DNA from: Mytilus californianus
Taxonomy: Eukaryota
Direction of reading: 5' to 3'
NCBI RefSeq assembly: GCF_021869535.1
Contig: NW_026262581.1
Span: 13,950,001-14,014,000, forward strand
DNA length: 64,000 nt
This document shows, piece after piece, positions 1 to 11,240 of this stretch (the first letter of the stretch is position 1; every line of letters starts with the position of its first letter). The notes under the pieces are model-generated. The model was not told where the DNA came from, made no database searches, and saw only the letters and a list, made by a program, of their open reading frames with translations. Position numbers and translations under genes: made by a program.

Positions 1-83
1 GATAACAGTTAATTTTTCCAGTTTTACAACTGTATGGGCTCATTTATACGACAAAACGAAGTAGTCAGATAACTATTCCCCCG

Positions 84-345
84 TTGTTAAATAAAGGCGA
101 CAGTAGTATACCGCTATTCGAAATTCATAAATCGATTGAGAAAAAACAAATCCGGTTAACAAACTAAAACGGAGGGAAACACATCAAATATAAGAGAACA
201 ACGACACAAGAGAAACACAACACTAAAATGCAACACACAGAGAAACGAACTATAATATAACAATGGCCATTTTCCTGACTTGGTACAGGACATTTTAAGA
301 AAAAATGGTGGGTTGAACCTGGTTTTGTGGCTAGCCAAACCACAC
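84..345 (+). repeat. Interspersed repeat fragment related to the abundant family A
   Basis: Shares the 'cctgacttggtacagg...ggtgggttgaacc' segment with other copies in the window. Followed by a (GTTG/TTTG)n microsatellite to about 410. Confidence 0.55.
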
Positions 346-974
346 GGGAGTCTGTTCGTTGGTTCGTTGGTTCGTCTGTTTGTTTGTTTGTTTGTTTATT
401 TGTCATTCTGTCCATCATTTGTATCAGCAACTGCTCCTTAACAGCTTGATAGAATTTTGAAAGAATGTTTGGGTAAAATTTGGGAATGCATAAATATCTG
501 CACACTGTACATAGAGCCCATTTGTAACTCGCAGAATCTTTAACATATAATGATATTGTGCACCCTCTATATTATTTTTAGTCCGAATTATTTTTTGGGT
601 TTCTCTTACCAAAACATGGAGCTAGCTTGCCATTATATTTTTCCGATATCTGTCTGTATTTTGTTTATTTACGCGAATCATTCAAGACGGAAAACAATAT
701 TATTTCGGGGTACTTCTCTTTTGGGAATATCCAGCTCCCCATTACATCTACTTGGATGTTTAAGAATGTTTCAAACCGATATTAGCATATATCAAGTTGT
801 TCTCTGTTTAAGATGTACTTCCACCATCATAGAGACATACTCATAATTACAACTTTATGCCTTTGAAGTCTGCATCTATAAATAGGAAATCATCGGGCTT
901 TAATAGGGAAAAGAACTATTAAAAATACTCTTGTTCGTCTAATGAATCGTTCGTTTTCTCTTATATTAGCACTG

Positions 975-1158
975 CCTCCATTTTTACGATCACGATTGAC
1001 AGTTACGACAGGCATCGAGCAGTCGTAAGTTTATTACAATATTTACAACACATCGCATCGTAAGTTTCTTTTGTGAATACAAGTTGCAATTTACGATATC
1101 GTAAAACTTACCTTACGACAGTCGTAACGTTACGATAGTTTTGTGAATACGGGGCCTG
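975..1158. mobile_element. Right half of a non-autonomous DNA element (Harbinger-like terminus ...TTTTGTGAATACGGGGCC) with internal TTACGAC/GTCGTAA palindromes
   Basis: Terminal motif at about 1139-1156 and repeated ttacgac...gtcgtaa inverted motifs. The matching left TIR is not seen. Confidence 0.4.
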
Positions 1159-2828
1159 AACACAACAGAAAACGGAATAGCAAAACTATTATCCAACCTA
1201 AACCCATTTAAAGCTGCGGGTCCAGACACCATTACATCAAGGGTGCTGAAGGAATTAGCCATAGACATCGCACCAATCCTAACAACCATCTTCAGGCGAT
1301 CCTATGAAACAGGTGATTTACCGGACATATGGAAAAAGGCTAACGTAAGCCCAATATTCAAGAAGGGAAAACGGTTTGATGCAGTTAATTACCGCCCAGT
1401 CTCGCTTACCTGCATTTGCTGCAAAATCATGGAGCACATCGTAACAAGCCACATAATGACCCATGCTGACAAACACAACATACTGTATTCACTACAACAC
1501 GGATTCAGGAGAGGCCTGTCCTGCGAAACACAATTAATTGAGTTTATTAATGACATCACCATAAACATGGACGCAGGAAAACAAACTGACTGCCTTATTA
1601 TGGATTTCTCTAAGGCCTTTGATAAAGTAAGTCATAGCCTACTTACACACAAACTGGATCAATATGGCATAAGAGGGAAAACCAATAGGTGGATCAAAAA
1701 CTTCCTCGCCGACAGGAAACAAGTCGTAGTTGTAGAAGGGGAAAAATCTGATACAATCAACGTCGATTCGGGCGTCCCACAAGGATCAGTTCTTGGACCC
1801 AGTTTGTTCCTTTTCTACATAAATGACATGCCAGAGGGAATCCGATCAAGGGTAAGACTCTTTGCTGATGATACAATCATATATCTCACAATATCATCGG
1901 ACACAGACAGCGACCACCTTCAGGAAGATCTGAATAAATTGGCAATTTGGGAAAACAAATGGAAAATGGCATTTCACCCAGATAAATGTAATGTTCTTAC
2001 CATAACAAGAAAACGTAAGCCTATTATAAAAGAATATGTACTGCATGGCCACACCCTCGAATCTCTAAATTCTGCAAAGTACCTTGGCTGCACCATCAGC
2101 TCCGACTTAAAATGGAATGAACACATTAAAAACATATGTGTCAAGGCAAACAAGACCATAGGCTTCCTCAAACGTAACTTGAACATCAATAACAACACAA
2201 TAAAAGAAACTGCATACAAGTCACTTGTAAGACCGACTCTAGAATATGCATGTACAGTCTGGGATCCTTATCAACAAAACAACAAAAACCGACTGGAAAT
2301 GGTACAGAGGAGAGCAGCCAGATATGTCACTAACAGATATCATAACACATCATCTGTTAGTGACATGCTTAACAAACTAGAATGGAAAACCCTCGAAGAC
2401 CGTAGGAGAACATCAAGGCTTACAATGATGTATAAACTTGCCAACGGGATGGTGAAAGTTGACACCAGTAATACTCTCATTCCACCAGATAGGCTATCCA
2501 GAAACATCAACACAAATGGATATCAAGTACCATCTTGTAGGACCGAAGTGCGGAAGGAATCTTTTTACCCAAGGACGATACGAGACTGGAATGCCCTACC
2601 ACAAACTGCCACCAATACAGGTAGTCTTGAATGCTTCAAGACTTACCTGCATGAGATGAACTAGACCAAGCCAAGATGTTTTTAAATTCACTGTATATAT
2701 GATGTATAGCACAAATTCAAATCAATTCAATACTTATTTTTTGTCTAAATTTTAAATGCGCATCCAAAAAGTGGCAAAATAATCAACTTATTGATGGTGG
2801 CCGCGTATTGGTAGAAGTAGAAGTAGAA
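1159..2828 (+). mobile_element. 5'-truncated non-LTR retrotransposon (CR1/L2-like group); stop-free RT-containing frame 1159-2664, 3' UTR and (GTAGAA)3 tail
   Basis: The ORF has the RT motifs YRPVSLT, QHGFR, DFSKAFD, GVPQGSVLGP, FADD, KYLG and the C-terminal RTIRDWNALP typical of these LINEs. The frame is open from about 1159 (NTTENGIAKLL..KAAGPD). There is no endonuclease domain upstream. Microsatellite tail at 2811-2828. No TSD found. Confidence 0.93.
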
Positions 2829-2829
2829 G

Positions 2830-4644
2830 ATGAAATCGTGGAGTCCATCTCAATCAGCTGTTGTTTGCAAGGCACGTTTTACTGAAAACGACTACGTGCA
2901 GGAAACTATTGATGGTAAAACTCTATTTTCTTTTTGAAGTATATAGTTATATATGTAATCGCCATGCGAATAAACCAAAGTCTGTTTACAACCGCAATTA
3001 TCGTTTTAGAATAAAAGGTGGTGGTTAATTCAAGTCAATCAAGACGTCATAATTTTTTGGATTACGATTCAATGTGATCTGTTTGAGATTTTTTGGTGAT
3101 TGCTACAATTATAATGATTTCTTACAAGAGGTATATCATACTGAGAATTATTTTAGCAGTAATTATGCTAATGTAGTAATGACAGGAATGTATAAGCTAT
3201 GCCTCATAGACTTTCTTGAAAAATATCAATGACAATGTTAACAGGAACAAAACAATAACATGCTCTCATCTATATTATAGTTATTTAGGTACAAACAATG
3301 TACATTTGTTGCATAAGTCTCTCATTGTTTGTCCTTTGGATTTACATAACATACATTGAATCAGGCAAACATAGTTTTATCCAGATTGTAATGAATAAAG
3401 CTAGTTAATATTTCGCCAGGTAGTACAAAGTATACAATGCTAATGGAAGTTCATTTAATTATCAAAAAACTAATGTTTTATAACCTTTTTCAGGTCGCAA
3501 ACCCACCATACAGAGACTTAAGTCTACTGCTATTCCCAGCCTATTTTCCTGGACCAAGCAAGAGACTAAATCGTCCGCAAAAAGAAAAATCAGGGCAGTT
3601 TCCTGTGAAAACAAAAGAACTAAACTTGATGAATATTGTAGCAGAAATCTAGAGGAAAGTTTTGATTGTAAAGTTGGTTTTCCTGAAGAAGTCATTCATA
3701 CTGCAGAAAGGATTTATGACTGTCCACCACCAACTGCCGAGCTAATGTTGAGCTTCACAGATGGAATTACGCAAACACCATCAATGTCAATGTTTTCAGC
3801 AGAGAATTTTGAAATGAAGACACGTGACACAGCCATGCATTTTTATACCAGTTTAGAGTTGTATACCAAATTTTTATTTGTTTTGACCACACTTGGTCCA
3901 GCAGCACATTGTTCGAGATACACATATTTTCAAATTGATACGGTGTCAGTTTTTATGACTTTGATGAAATTGAGGCATTATACAACCAACTTTGAACTGT
4001 CTAGATTCTAGATCGAATCTAGTGTTAAGAATATTGTGTATACATGGATTGTTTTTATGTCTAAACAGTGGTGTGAGGCTAACACTTGGCCATCCTAGTG
4101 GTTTAGTCAGGTATTTTTCGCCATCCAACTTCAAATTAAAGTTTCCATCGACTTGGATTATTATTGACAGCACAGAATATCCCGTGATAAAACCTAAAGC
4201 TCCTATAGCTCAGGCAATCTTTTCATCATATAAAAACAGAAACACCGAAAATTCTTGTATGTTCGACACCTGGTGGTTTAGTCAACTATGTCTCTAATGC
4301 ATATGTTGGTTGTACCAGTGACTATGAAATAGTTGAAAGATGTAGAATAGTTCAATTATGTGATCCAGGTGACAGTGTGATGGCAGACAAAGGTTTAAAT
4401 GTGCAAGATTTGTTTGCTAACTTTTTTCAAAAAAAGAAACAGAATTTGTTCCAAAACTCTTATACGGGATAGAAAAGTCTCCAATTAACACGTGCACATA
4501 GAGCGAATTATTGGACTTGGCAAAACATACAAAATTCTAATAAATCTTATGAATGGAACTGAAACAAAACTTTCATCTGAAATAACATTTAGTTGTTTTA
4601 TGTTGTGTAATTTTAGAACTTGTATTGTGCCAAAGGATGCATAA
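2830..4644 (+). mobile_element. Decayed THAP + DDE_Tnp_4 transposase (ISL2EU/PIF-Harbinger-type), with a phase-1 intron at 2915-3493
   Basis: 2833-2914 reads KSWSPSQSAVVCKARFTENDYVQETID (THAP C-terminal half). After GT..AG splicing it continues GRKPTIQRLKSTAIPSLF (THAP AVPTIF box), open to 4011. Further on, in shifted frames: FPSTWIIIDSTEY..KP..SSYKNRNT, STPGGLVNYVS..SD, DSVMADKGL, HVHIERIIGLGKTYKIL, stop at 4642-4644. Contains stops, frameshifts and deletions. Confidence 0.88.
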
Positions 4645-4942
4645 ATAAAAGTGACGCAATGAATTTTGTTCTGATATATGATCATATATATATATTTACA
4701 ATTACATGGACATGTAAATTGTCATGCATATAAAAATAAGGAGATGTGGTATGATATTCAGTGAGTTTATCGAACTAAAGTGCATAAGAAATGGGTTTAA
4801 GCAGTTACAGGTGTTACTGTCACCGTACAATCTCCAACAATGAGAAAAACTCGTACTGTGTAAAAAATTTCAGAGATCTTACAACTAAGTTTTGTTGTCT
4901 CACCTTAACTTTGGTGAATTGTTTATATCTGTTGATGTAAAT

Positions 4943-5460
4943 ATAAAAAAGAAGATGTGGTATGATTGCCAATGAGACAACTCTCCACAAGAGACCAAAT
5001 GACACAGAAATGAACAGCTATAGGTCACAGTACGGCCTTCAACAATGAGCAAAACCCATACCGCACAGTCAGCTATAAAAGGCCCCGAAATAACAAATAT
5101 GCAACACATAAACAAACGACAACCACTGAATTGCAGGCTCCTGACTTGGGACAGGCACTTACATGTACATACAGAATGTGGCGGGGTTAAACATGTTAGC
5201 GGGATCCCAACCCTCCCCCTAACCTGGGACAGTGGTGTAACAGTACAATATAAGAACGAACTTTAAAAATCAGTTGAAAGAGGCTCATCAGATGGATAAA
5301 TACAAATACAAGTGGAGGTGGTCGGGTAGTAAGTTGTACATCCAAACAACAAAAAGACACTAAGTACAGATCTGAGAGTACTCTCAGTTACTGACAGCTA
5401 CATGTAGTTCAAAGCCACTAACAACTGATAAAAAAATCTTGCATCTAAGACTAAATTATC
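4943..5460 (+). repeat. Abundant unclassified interspersed repeat, family A (terminus 'gagatgtggtatgattgccaatgagacaact')
   Basis: Related copies at 35195-35640 (+), 61300-61856 (-), 10116-11240 (-, split) and 15520-15945 (-), plus short termini at about 4733, 6215 and 48500-48600. Confidence 0.85.
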
Positions 5461-6420
5461 ATTCCGTAAGCTCCCTTTAGAATTTTATAAATTTTACATT
5501 TCTGAGTTATGTGGTTTTATTCATTAAAAAAGGGGGGATTTTCCAGTTTTTGGACAACAACTCAAAAATGCTTTAAGCAGTTCACATGAAACTTTGGTGA
5601 ATTATTTATAGCTATTGATGTAATCTCCCTATTGATTTTCATAAATTTCAAATATGACATTGAGAAGAAATTGAACTTTATTTGTTTATAGTCTGGCAAC
5701 AGATTTATTAAGTATTGCGCAACAGCACAGTGTATTGCACAACAGCAAGAAATCTTTAATTGAATATAAATTCAATTCATATAACCGATTTCAAGTTCTT
5801 TGACTACATTTATTCAGAAACTATAATATGTCAAATATTTAATTACAATCCAAATTCAGACATGTATCAAGCTTGAATATTATGTCCATTTTTGCCCCAA
5901 CTGTTCAGGGTTGGACCTCTGCGGGTGTATCCAGCTGCGCTCAGCGAATCAGTTTATTTCTTAATTATGAACTCCTTTTTTCATTCATAAAATAATTTTT
6001 ACTTGGAAATATAATTTTGCTTGGAGTTATAGTTTCTAAAAAAAGTATTGTCATTGAAAGAGTTGACATGTTGCAATGTACATTTATTCCACATAGTTCT
6101 ATGGTACCAAATCAAAAGTTTATATAAAAGAAAGAAGTCAAAGGTTTCCCATCATAGTTTAGTTACATACATTTTTTTGTACCTGAGGTCGTTGAATATA
6201 GATCATTATATAAATAAGGAGATGTGTTAGGATTGCCAATGAAACAACTATCATCCATACTTACCAGTAACAAACCACATTTGCAGAGTTGAATAAAATA
6301 CAGTTGATAACATTTACTTATTACTAAAAATAAAATGCCTAACTATTTTAAACAGTATTTGAATATCAATTATATGGTCATTTTTATAAATTTCCTGTTA
6401 CAAAACTTTGAATTTTTTCG

Positions 6421-6625
6421 AAAAACTAAGGATTTTCTTATCCAAGGAATAGATTGCCTTAGCCATATTTGCACAACGTTTTGGAATTTTGGGTCCTCAA
6501 TGCTCTTCAACTTTGTAATTGTTTGGCTTTATAACTATTTTGATCTGAGCGTCACTGACGAGTCTTATGTAGACGAAACGCGCGTCTGGCGTATTAAATT
6601 ATAATCCTGGTACCTTTGATAACTA
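6421..6625 (+). mobile_element. Non-autonomous Penelope-associated repeat carrying a hammerhead ribozyme
   Basis: Related copies at 18236-18430 (+) and 38257-38299 (-). Contains a complete hammerhead core (next feature). The Penelope link is inferred from the ribozyme architecture. Confidence 0.65.
6549..6592 (+). ncRNA. Minimal Type I hammerhead ribozyme with palindromic stem III
   Basis: GCGUCA-CUGACGA-GUCU(UAUGU)AGAC-GAA-ACGCGCGU-C^UGGCGU. Stem I GCGUCA/UGGCGU (6 bp including G.U pairs), core CUGANGA, stem II GUCU/AGAC, GAAA, self-complementary ACGCGCGU, cleavage triplet GUC (after 6586). Confidence 0.85.
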
Positions 6626-6889
6626 ATTTGACTATAAACATAGATAAAAAAGGTACAAACTGGACATAATGCACTAGTTCATAAACAAGTGAGAACAATC
6701 ACCTTCATATAGTGCTCAGAATATGACATTCATAAAACTTGTTCAATATCATTAGAGAACTCTAAATCTTAAATACTGAAAGCCACCTCTGATAAGAACA
6801 CTGTACTATGCAAGATAATGATATAACTGGACTAAAAATACACACAACCTGTAATTAACTGCCTTTACAGTGCTTTCGCGCTTTGATTT

Positions 6890-7487
6890 ATTTGTGGGCC
6901 CGGCTATCAAATTTATCATATTGAGGTCAAAAGGGTCCAAAAATTAAACTTTGTTTGATTTCATCAAAAAATGAATTATTGGGGTTCTTTAATATGCCAA
7001 ATCTAACCGTGTATTTACATTTTTAATTTTGGGTCCTGTTTTTTAAATTGGTCTACATTAAGGTCCAAAATTAAACTTAGTTTGATTTCAACAAAACTTG
7101 AATATATGGGGTTTCTTTGATATGCTGAATCTAACCATGTATTTTGATTTTTGGGCCCCGTTATCAAATTGGTCCACATTGAGGTCAAAAGGGTCCAAAA
7201 TTAAACTTTGTTTGATGTCATCAAAAATTGAATTCTTTGGATTCTTTGATATGCTGAATCTAACCATGTATTTAGATTTTGGATATTGGACCATAATAGG
7301 TAAATTAAAAAAAATTAAGTTCTTAGACCACATTCATTCTGTGTCAGAAACCTATGCTGTGTCAAATATTTAATCACAATCCAAATCCAGAGCTGTACCA
7401 AGCTTAAATGTTGTGTCCATACTTGCCCCAACTTTTCAGGGTTCGACCTCTGCAGTCGTATCAAGCTGAGCCCAGCAGAGCATCTTA
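6890..7487 (-). mobile_element. Helentron/DINE-like non-autonomous element (family B), partial, with internal tandem repeats of about 110-120 bp
   Basis: Its end 'gacctctgcagtcgtatcaagctgagcccagcagagc' matches family B ends at 5660-5955, 9060-9138, 40206 and 48921. Repeated 'ggtccacattgaggtcaaaagggtccaaaattaaact' units. Confidence 0.65.
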
Positions 7488-7649
7488 TTGGCTTATATCT
7501 CCAAAACTAGAGCAATAAGGGCAAATCTGACATGGGGTAAAAATGTTCATTAGGTCCAGTTCTATCAGCCCTGAAATTTCAGATGAATCTAACAACCCAT
7601 TGTTTGGTTGCTGCCACTAAATTTGTAATTTTAAGAAAATTTTGCAGTT

Positions 7650-9138
7650 TTTATACGACCGCAAAAAATTTTGCGGTCGTATATTTGTATCACGTCGTCC
7701 GAAGACATTTGGTTTCCGGACAATAACTTTAGTACAAGTGAATAGAAATCTATGAAATTTAAACACAAGGTTTAAAACCACAAAAGGAAGGTTGGGATTG
7801 ATTTTGGGGGTTATGGTTCAAACAGTTTAGGAATAAGGGGCCAAAAAGGGGCCCAAATAAGCATTTTTCTAGTTTCCAGACAATGACTTGTGGAACAGTG
7901 TATTGATCTCTCTGAAATTGTACCACAAGTTTCCATACTTCAAAGGGATGGTTAGGATTGGCTTTGGGGAGTTATGGGTCAAACCGTTTAGGAATTAGGG
8001 GGAAAAACAAGGGTTTCCTGGTTAATGGACAATTACTTAAGTATTGGTCTTTGGATCTTTATGAAATAGATATTGGACCATTAAGCATTATATAAGGGAT
8101 AGCATTTGGTTGATTCATGATATTTTACAGTATATAGAAGAGAACAATATTTTTGGATTACTGCTCTTTATTGATTTTGAGAAAGCTTTGATTCTTTATG
8201 TTAGGACTTTTTGCTATAAGTATTACAATTTTTCATGCTATTAGTATTACAATTTTTTTTCATATGCTGAATTTAACTGTATTTGGTTGTTGGTCCAATT
8301 ATCTAATTGGTCCAAATTTTGGTCCAAAGGCTATAAAATTTGTTTTGTTTGATTTTAAATTATGTAAAGTTGTCTGCTAGTTCTAGTATGAACTATCTTT
8401 AGCTGTTTCTAGAAACATCAAATACTGTGATGGAAGTATATATAATATAATAAAAGTGTATATCAAAGGGTTCAGTGGTAATAAATTTGTTTATTTGTGA
8501 TCAATATCATTTGTTTGGGTTTTTTTAGCATTAAGAGTTACCTCCCTTACAATGGTTTTGTTATAAAGAAAAGTTGTATTGTCTTAGTGATTAGCTGTCA
8601 ATTTATTTTGAGAAGTTACTATTAAATGCTGATGAAGGTATATTTATTTTAGCCATGATTATGTATGTCATTTTCTATTTTAATACTTTTATGATGTATT
8701 TAGATGGGTTTTTATGGTTGCAAACTCCATTGGAAATTTGAATTGAGATTGTGACCATATCTTGAGGGAAATAATTTTTTTTTGGAAAAAGGGGGGAGGT
8801 TAAACAAAAAATTGAGGGGGGGGGACAATTTTTTTCTCCTCAAGCTTTCAGAAATTAAAAAGAAAATTTCTTCAAATATTTTTTTTTTTGGGGGGAGGGG
8901 GGGTCAACAACACAGTGTATTGCACAAAATAATAAAATTGAATATAAATTCAAATCATATAACCAATTCCAAGTTCTTTGACTACAGTTATTCTGTGTCA
9001 GAATCCTATTATGTGTCAAATATTTAATTACAATCCAAATTCAGACCTGTATCAAGCACGAATATTGTGTCCATTTTTGCCCCAATTGTTCAGGGTTGGA
9101 CCCCTGCGGTCGTATCCAGCTGCGCTCAGCAAAGCAAT
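7650..9138 (-). mobile_element. Helentron/DINE-like non-autonomous element (family B) with inserted material
   Basis: One end has the hairpin TATACGACCGCAAAAAATTTTGCGGTCGTATA and a (CGT)n microsatellite. The other end carries the subterminal inverted copy TGCGGTCGTAT plus 'gctgcgctcagc'. Confidence 0.65.
8086..8240 (+). pseudogene. Small L1/Tx1-type reverse transcriptase remnant
   Basis: Reads HYIRDSIWLIHDILQYIEENNIFGLLLFIDFEKA(fs)FDSL, matching the L1/Tx1 RT motif 'YIGENIRLI.D....GLLL.IDFEKAFD'. Confidence 0.7.
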
Positions 9139-10172
9139 TTATTGGTTATTATCTTGAATATTATTATCGATAAAGATAAACTGTAAACAGCAAAAATGTT
9201 CAGCAAAGTAAGATCTACAAATAAGTTTATATGACCAAAATGGTCAATTGACCCCTTAAGGAGTTATTGGCCTTTAATGACAATTTTACACAATTTGTTT
9301 ATCATGTTTTTTAACTTTAAAAAATATTCCCCTCTGAAACTACTGAACCAAATTAAACCAAACTTAAGCTGAATGATTCTTAGGTAATCTAGAGTAAAGT
9401 TTGTGTTTTATTTTCTGTTTCCTCAGAAAACATGGCCGCCATGGCTAAAAATAGAACATAGGGTAAAATGCAGTTTTTGACTTATATCTCAAAAACTAAA
9501 GCATTTAGGGCAAATCAGACAAGAAGTTAAAGTATTGAGTAGGTCAAGGTCTACCTGCCCTGAAATTATCAGCCAAATAGAGTATCTGATTTTTAGGTTA
9601 TTGCCCCTGAATTGGTGATTTTAAGGAAATTATGCAGTTTTCGCTTATTATCTTAAATATTATTAGAGATAAAGATAAATTGTAAACAGCAAAAATGTTC
9701 AGCAAAGTAAGATCTACAGATAAGTTTCAATTTCAGCCTAACTTGGGCTGAATGAGTGTCAGAGTATCTAGTATAAATTTTGTATTTTATTTCCTTGTAC
9801 GTCAAGAAACATAGCCAATATGGCTAAAATGGAACATAGAGGTAAAATGCATTTTTTTGCTTTTGAAGAAAATATGACAGATACAAAGAACATTTAAATG
9901 ACATTTGTAAGCCACTCATTTATATATATTGAAAAGCAAAAATAATCATTGATGAAAGATTTAAGCAAAAAATTACAGGTGAGTGATTATTGCGATATTC
10001 ACCCAGTCGCATTATTGGCATTGATAAAAACCTCGCAATATTTTCTGAATTTACAGTATTCTATTAATAGCACACACTTCATTTGGGAGGAAAGATAAGA
10101 GCAGTATCAATACTGTGTTGTTCAGTGGTTGTCGTTTGTTGGTGTGATTTATAAATGTTTCTCGTTTATCGT

Positions 10173-11040
10173 TTTTGTCGAGCATGCGACTTTTGTCGCA
10201 AAAGCGAGACATGGCGTTCCTACATTCCGTCGGCGTCGTCGTCGGCGGCGGCGTCCACAAATATTCACTCTGTGGTTAAAGTTTTTCAAATTTTAATAAC
10301 TTTCTTAAACTATTCTAGATTTGTACCAAACTTGGATAGAAGCTTGTTTATAATCATAAGATAGTATTCAGAAGAAAATTTTAAAAAAAAATCCTGTTTA
10401 TCCGTATTTTACTCATATATGGACTTAGTTTTTCTGCCAGTTAACATAACATTCACTCTGTGGTTAAAGTTTTTCAAATTTTAATAACTTTCTTAAACTT
10501 TCCTGGATTTGTACCACACTTGGACAGAAGCATGTTTGTGATCATGAAATAGTATTCAAAAGTAAATTTTGTTAAAATAAATTCTGTTTATCCGTATTTT
10601 ACTTATAAATTGACTTAGTTTTTCTGCCAGTTAACATTACATTCACTCTGTGGTTAAAGCTTTCAAAATTTTAATAACTTTCTTAAACTATCCTGGATTT
10701 GTACCAAACTTGGGCAGAAGCTTGTTTATGATGAAAAGCTAGTATTCTAGAAGGAAATTTTGTAAAAATTTATTTCCTGTTTTTCCGTATATTACTTATA
10801 AATGGACTTAGTTTTATTCCAGTTAACATTACGAACAGTCTGCAGTTAAAGTTTTAAAAACATTTATTAGATCCATAAACCGTCTTGGATTTTTACCAAA
10901 CTTGAACAGAACTTCTTACAATCAAAAGATAGTATCTAGAGGAAAATTTTTAATAAGTTTTATCCCATTTTTGTTGAGCCTGCGACTAACAGCAAAAGTA
11001 GGCGAGACACTGGGTTCTGCGGATCCCTTACGAATTTTTT
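10173..11040 (+). mobile_element. Helentron/DINE-like element (family C) with about 3.7 internal 188-190 bp tandem units
   Basis: 5' hairpin GCGACTTTTGTCGC, (CGG/CGT)n microsatellite at 10228-10258, units starting at 10263, 10451, 10641 and about 10831, 3' hairpin GGGTTCTGCGGATCCC. Inserted in a T-run of a family A copy with no TSD. Confidence 0.75.
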
Positions 11041-11240
11041 ATATAGATTAGACTGTTGGTTTTCCTGTTTGAATTGTTTTAAACTAGTCTTTTTGGGGCC
11101 CTATATAGCTTGCTGTTCGGTGTGAGCCAAGGCTCCGTGTTGAAGGCTGTACTTAAACCTATAATTGTCTACTTTTTACACATTGTGACTTGGATGGATA
11201 GTTGTCTCATTGGCACTCATACCACATCTTCTTATTTATA

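Noticed and set aside
424-846. Protein-like fragments on the minus strand (LKILRVTN, AFPNFTQ, YPNILSKFYQAVKEQLL)
   Set aside because: Several stops in every frame and no motif I can assign. A BLASTx search would be needed.
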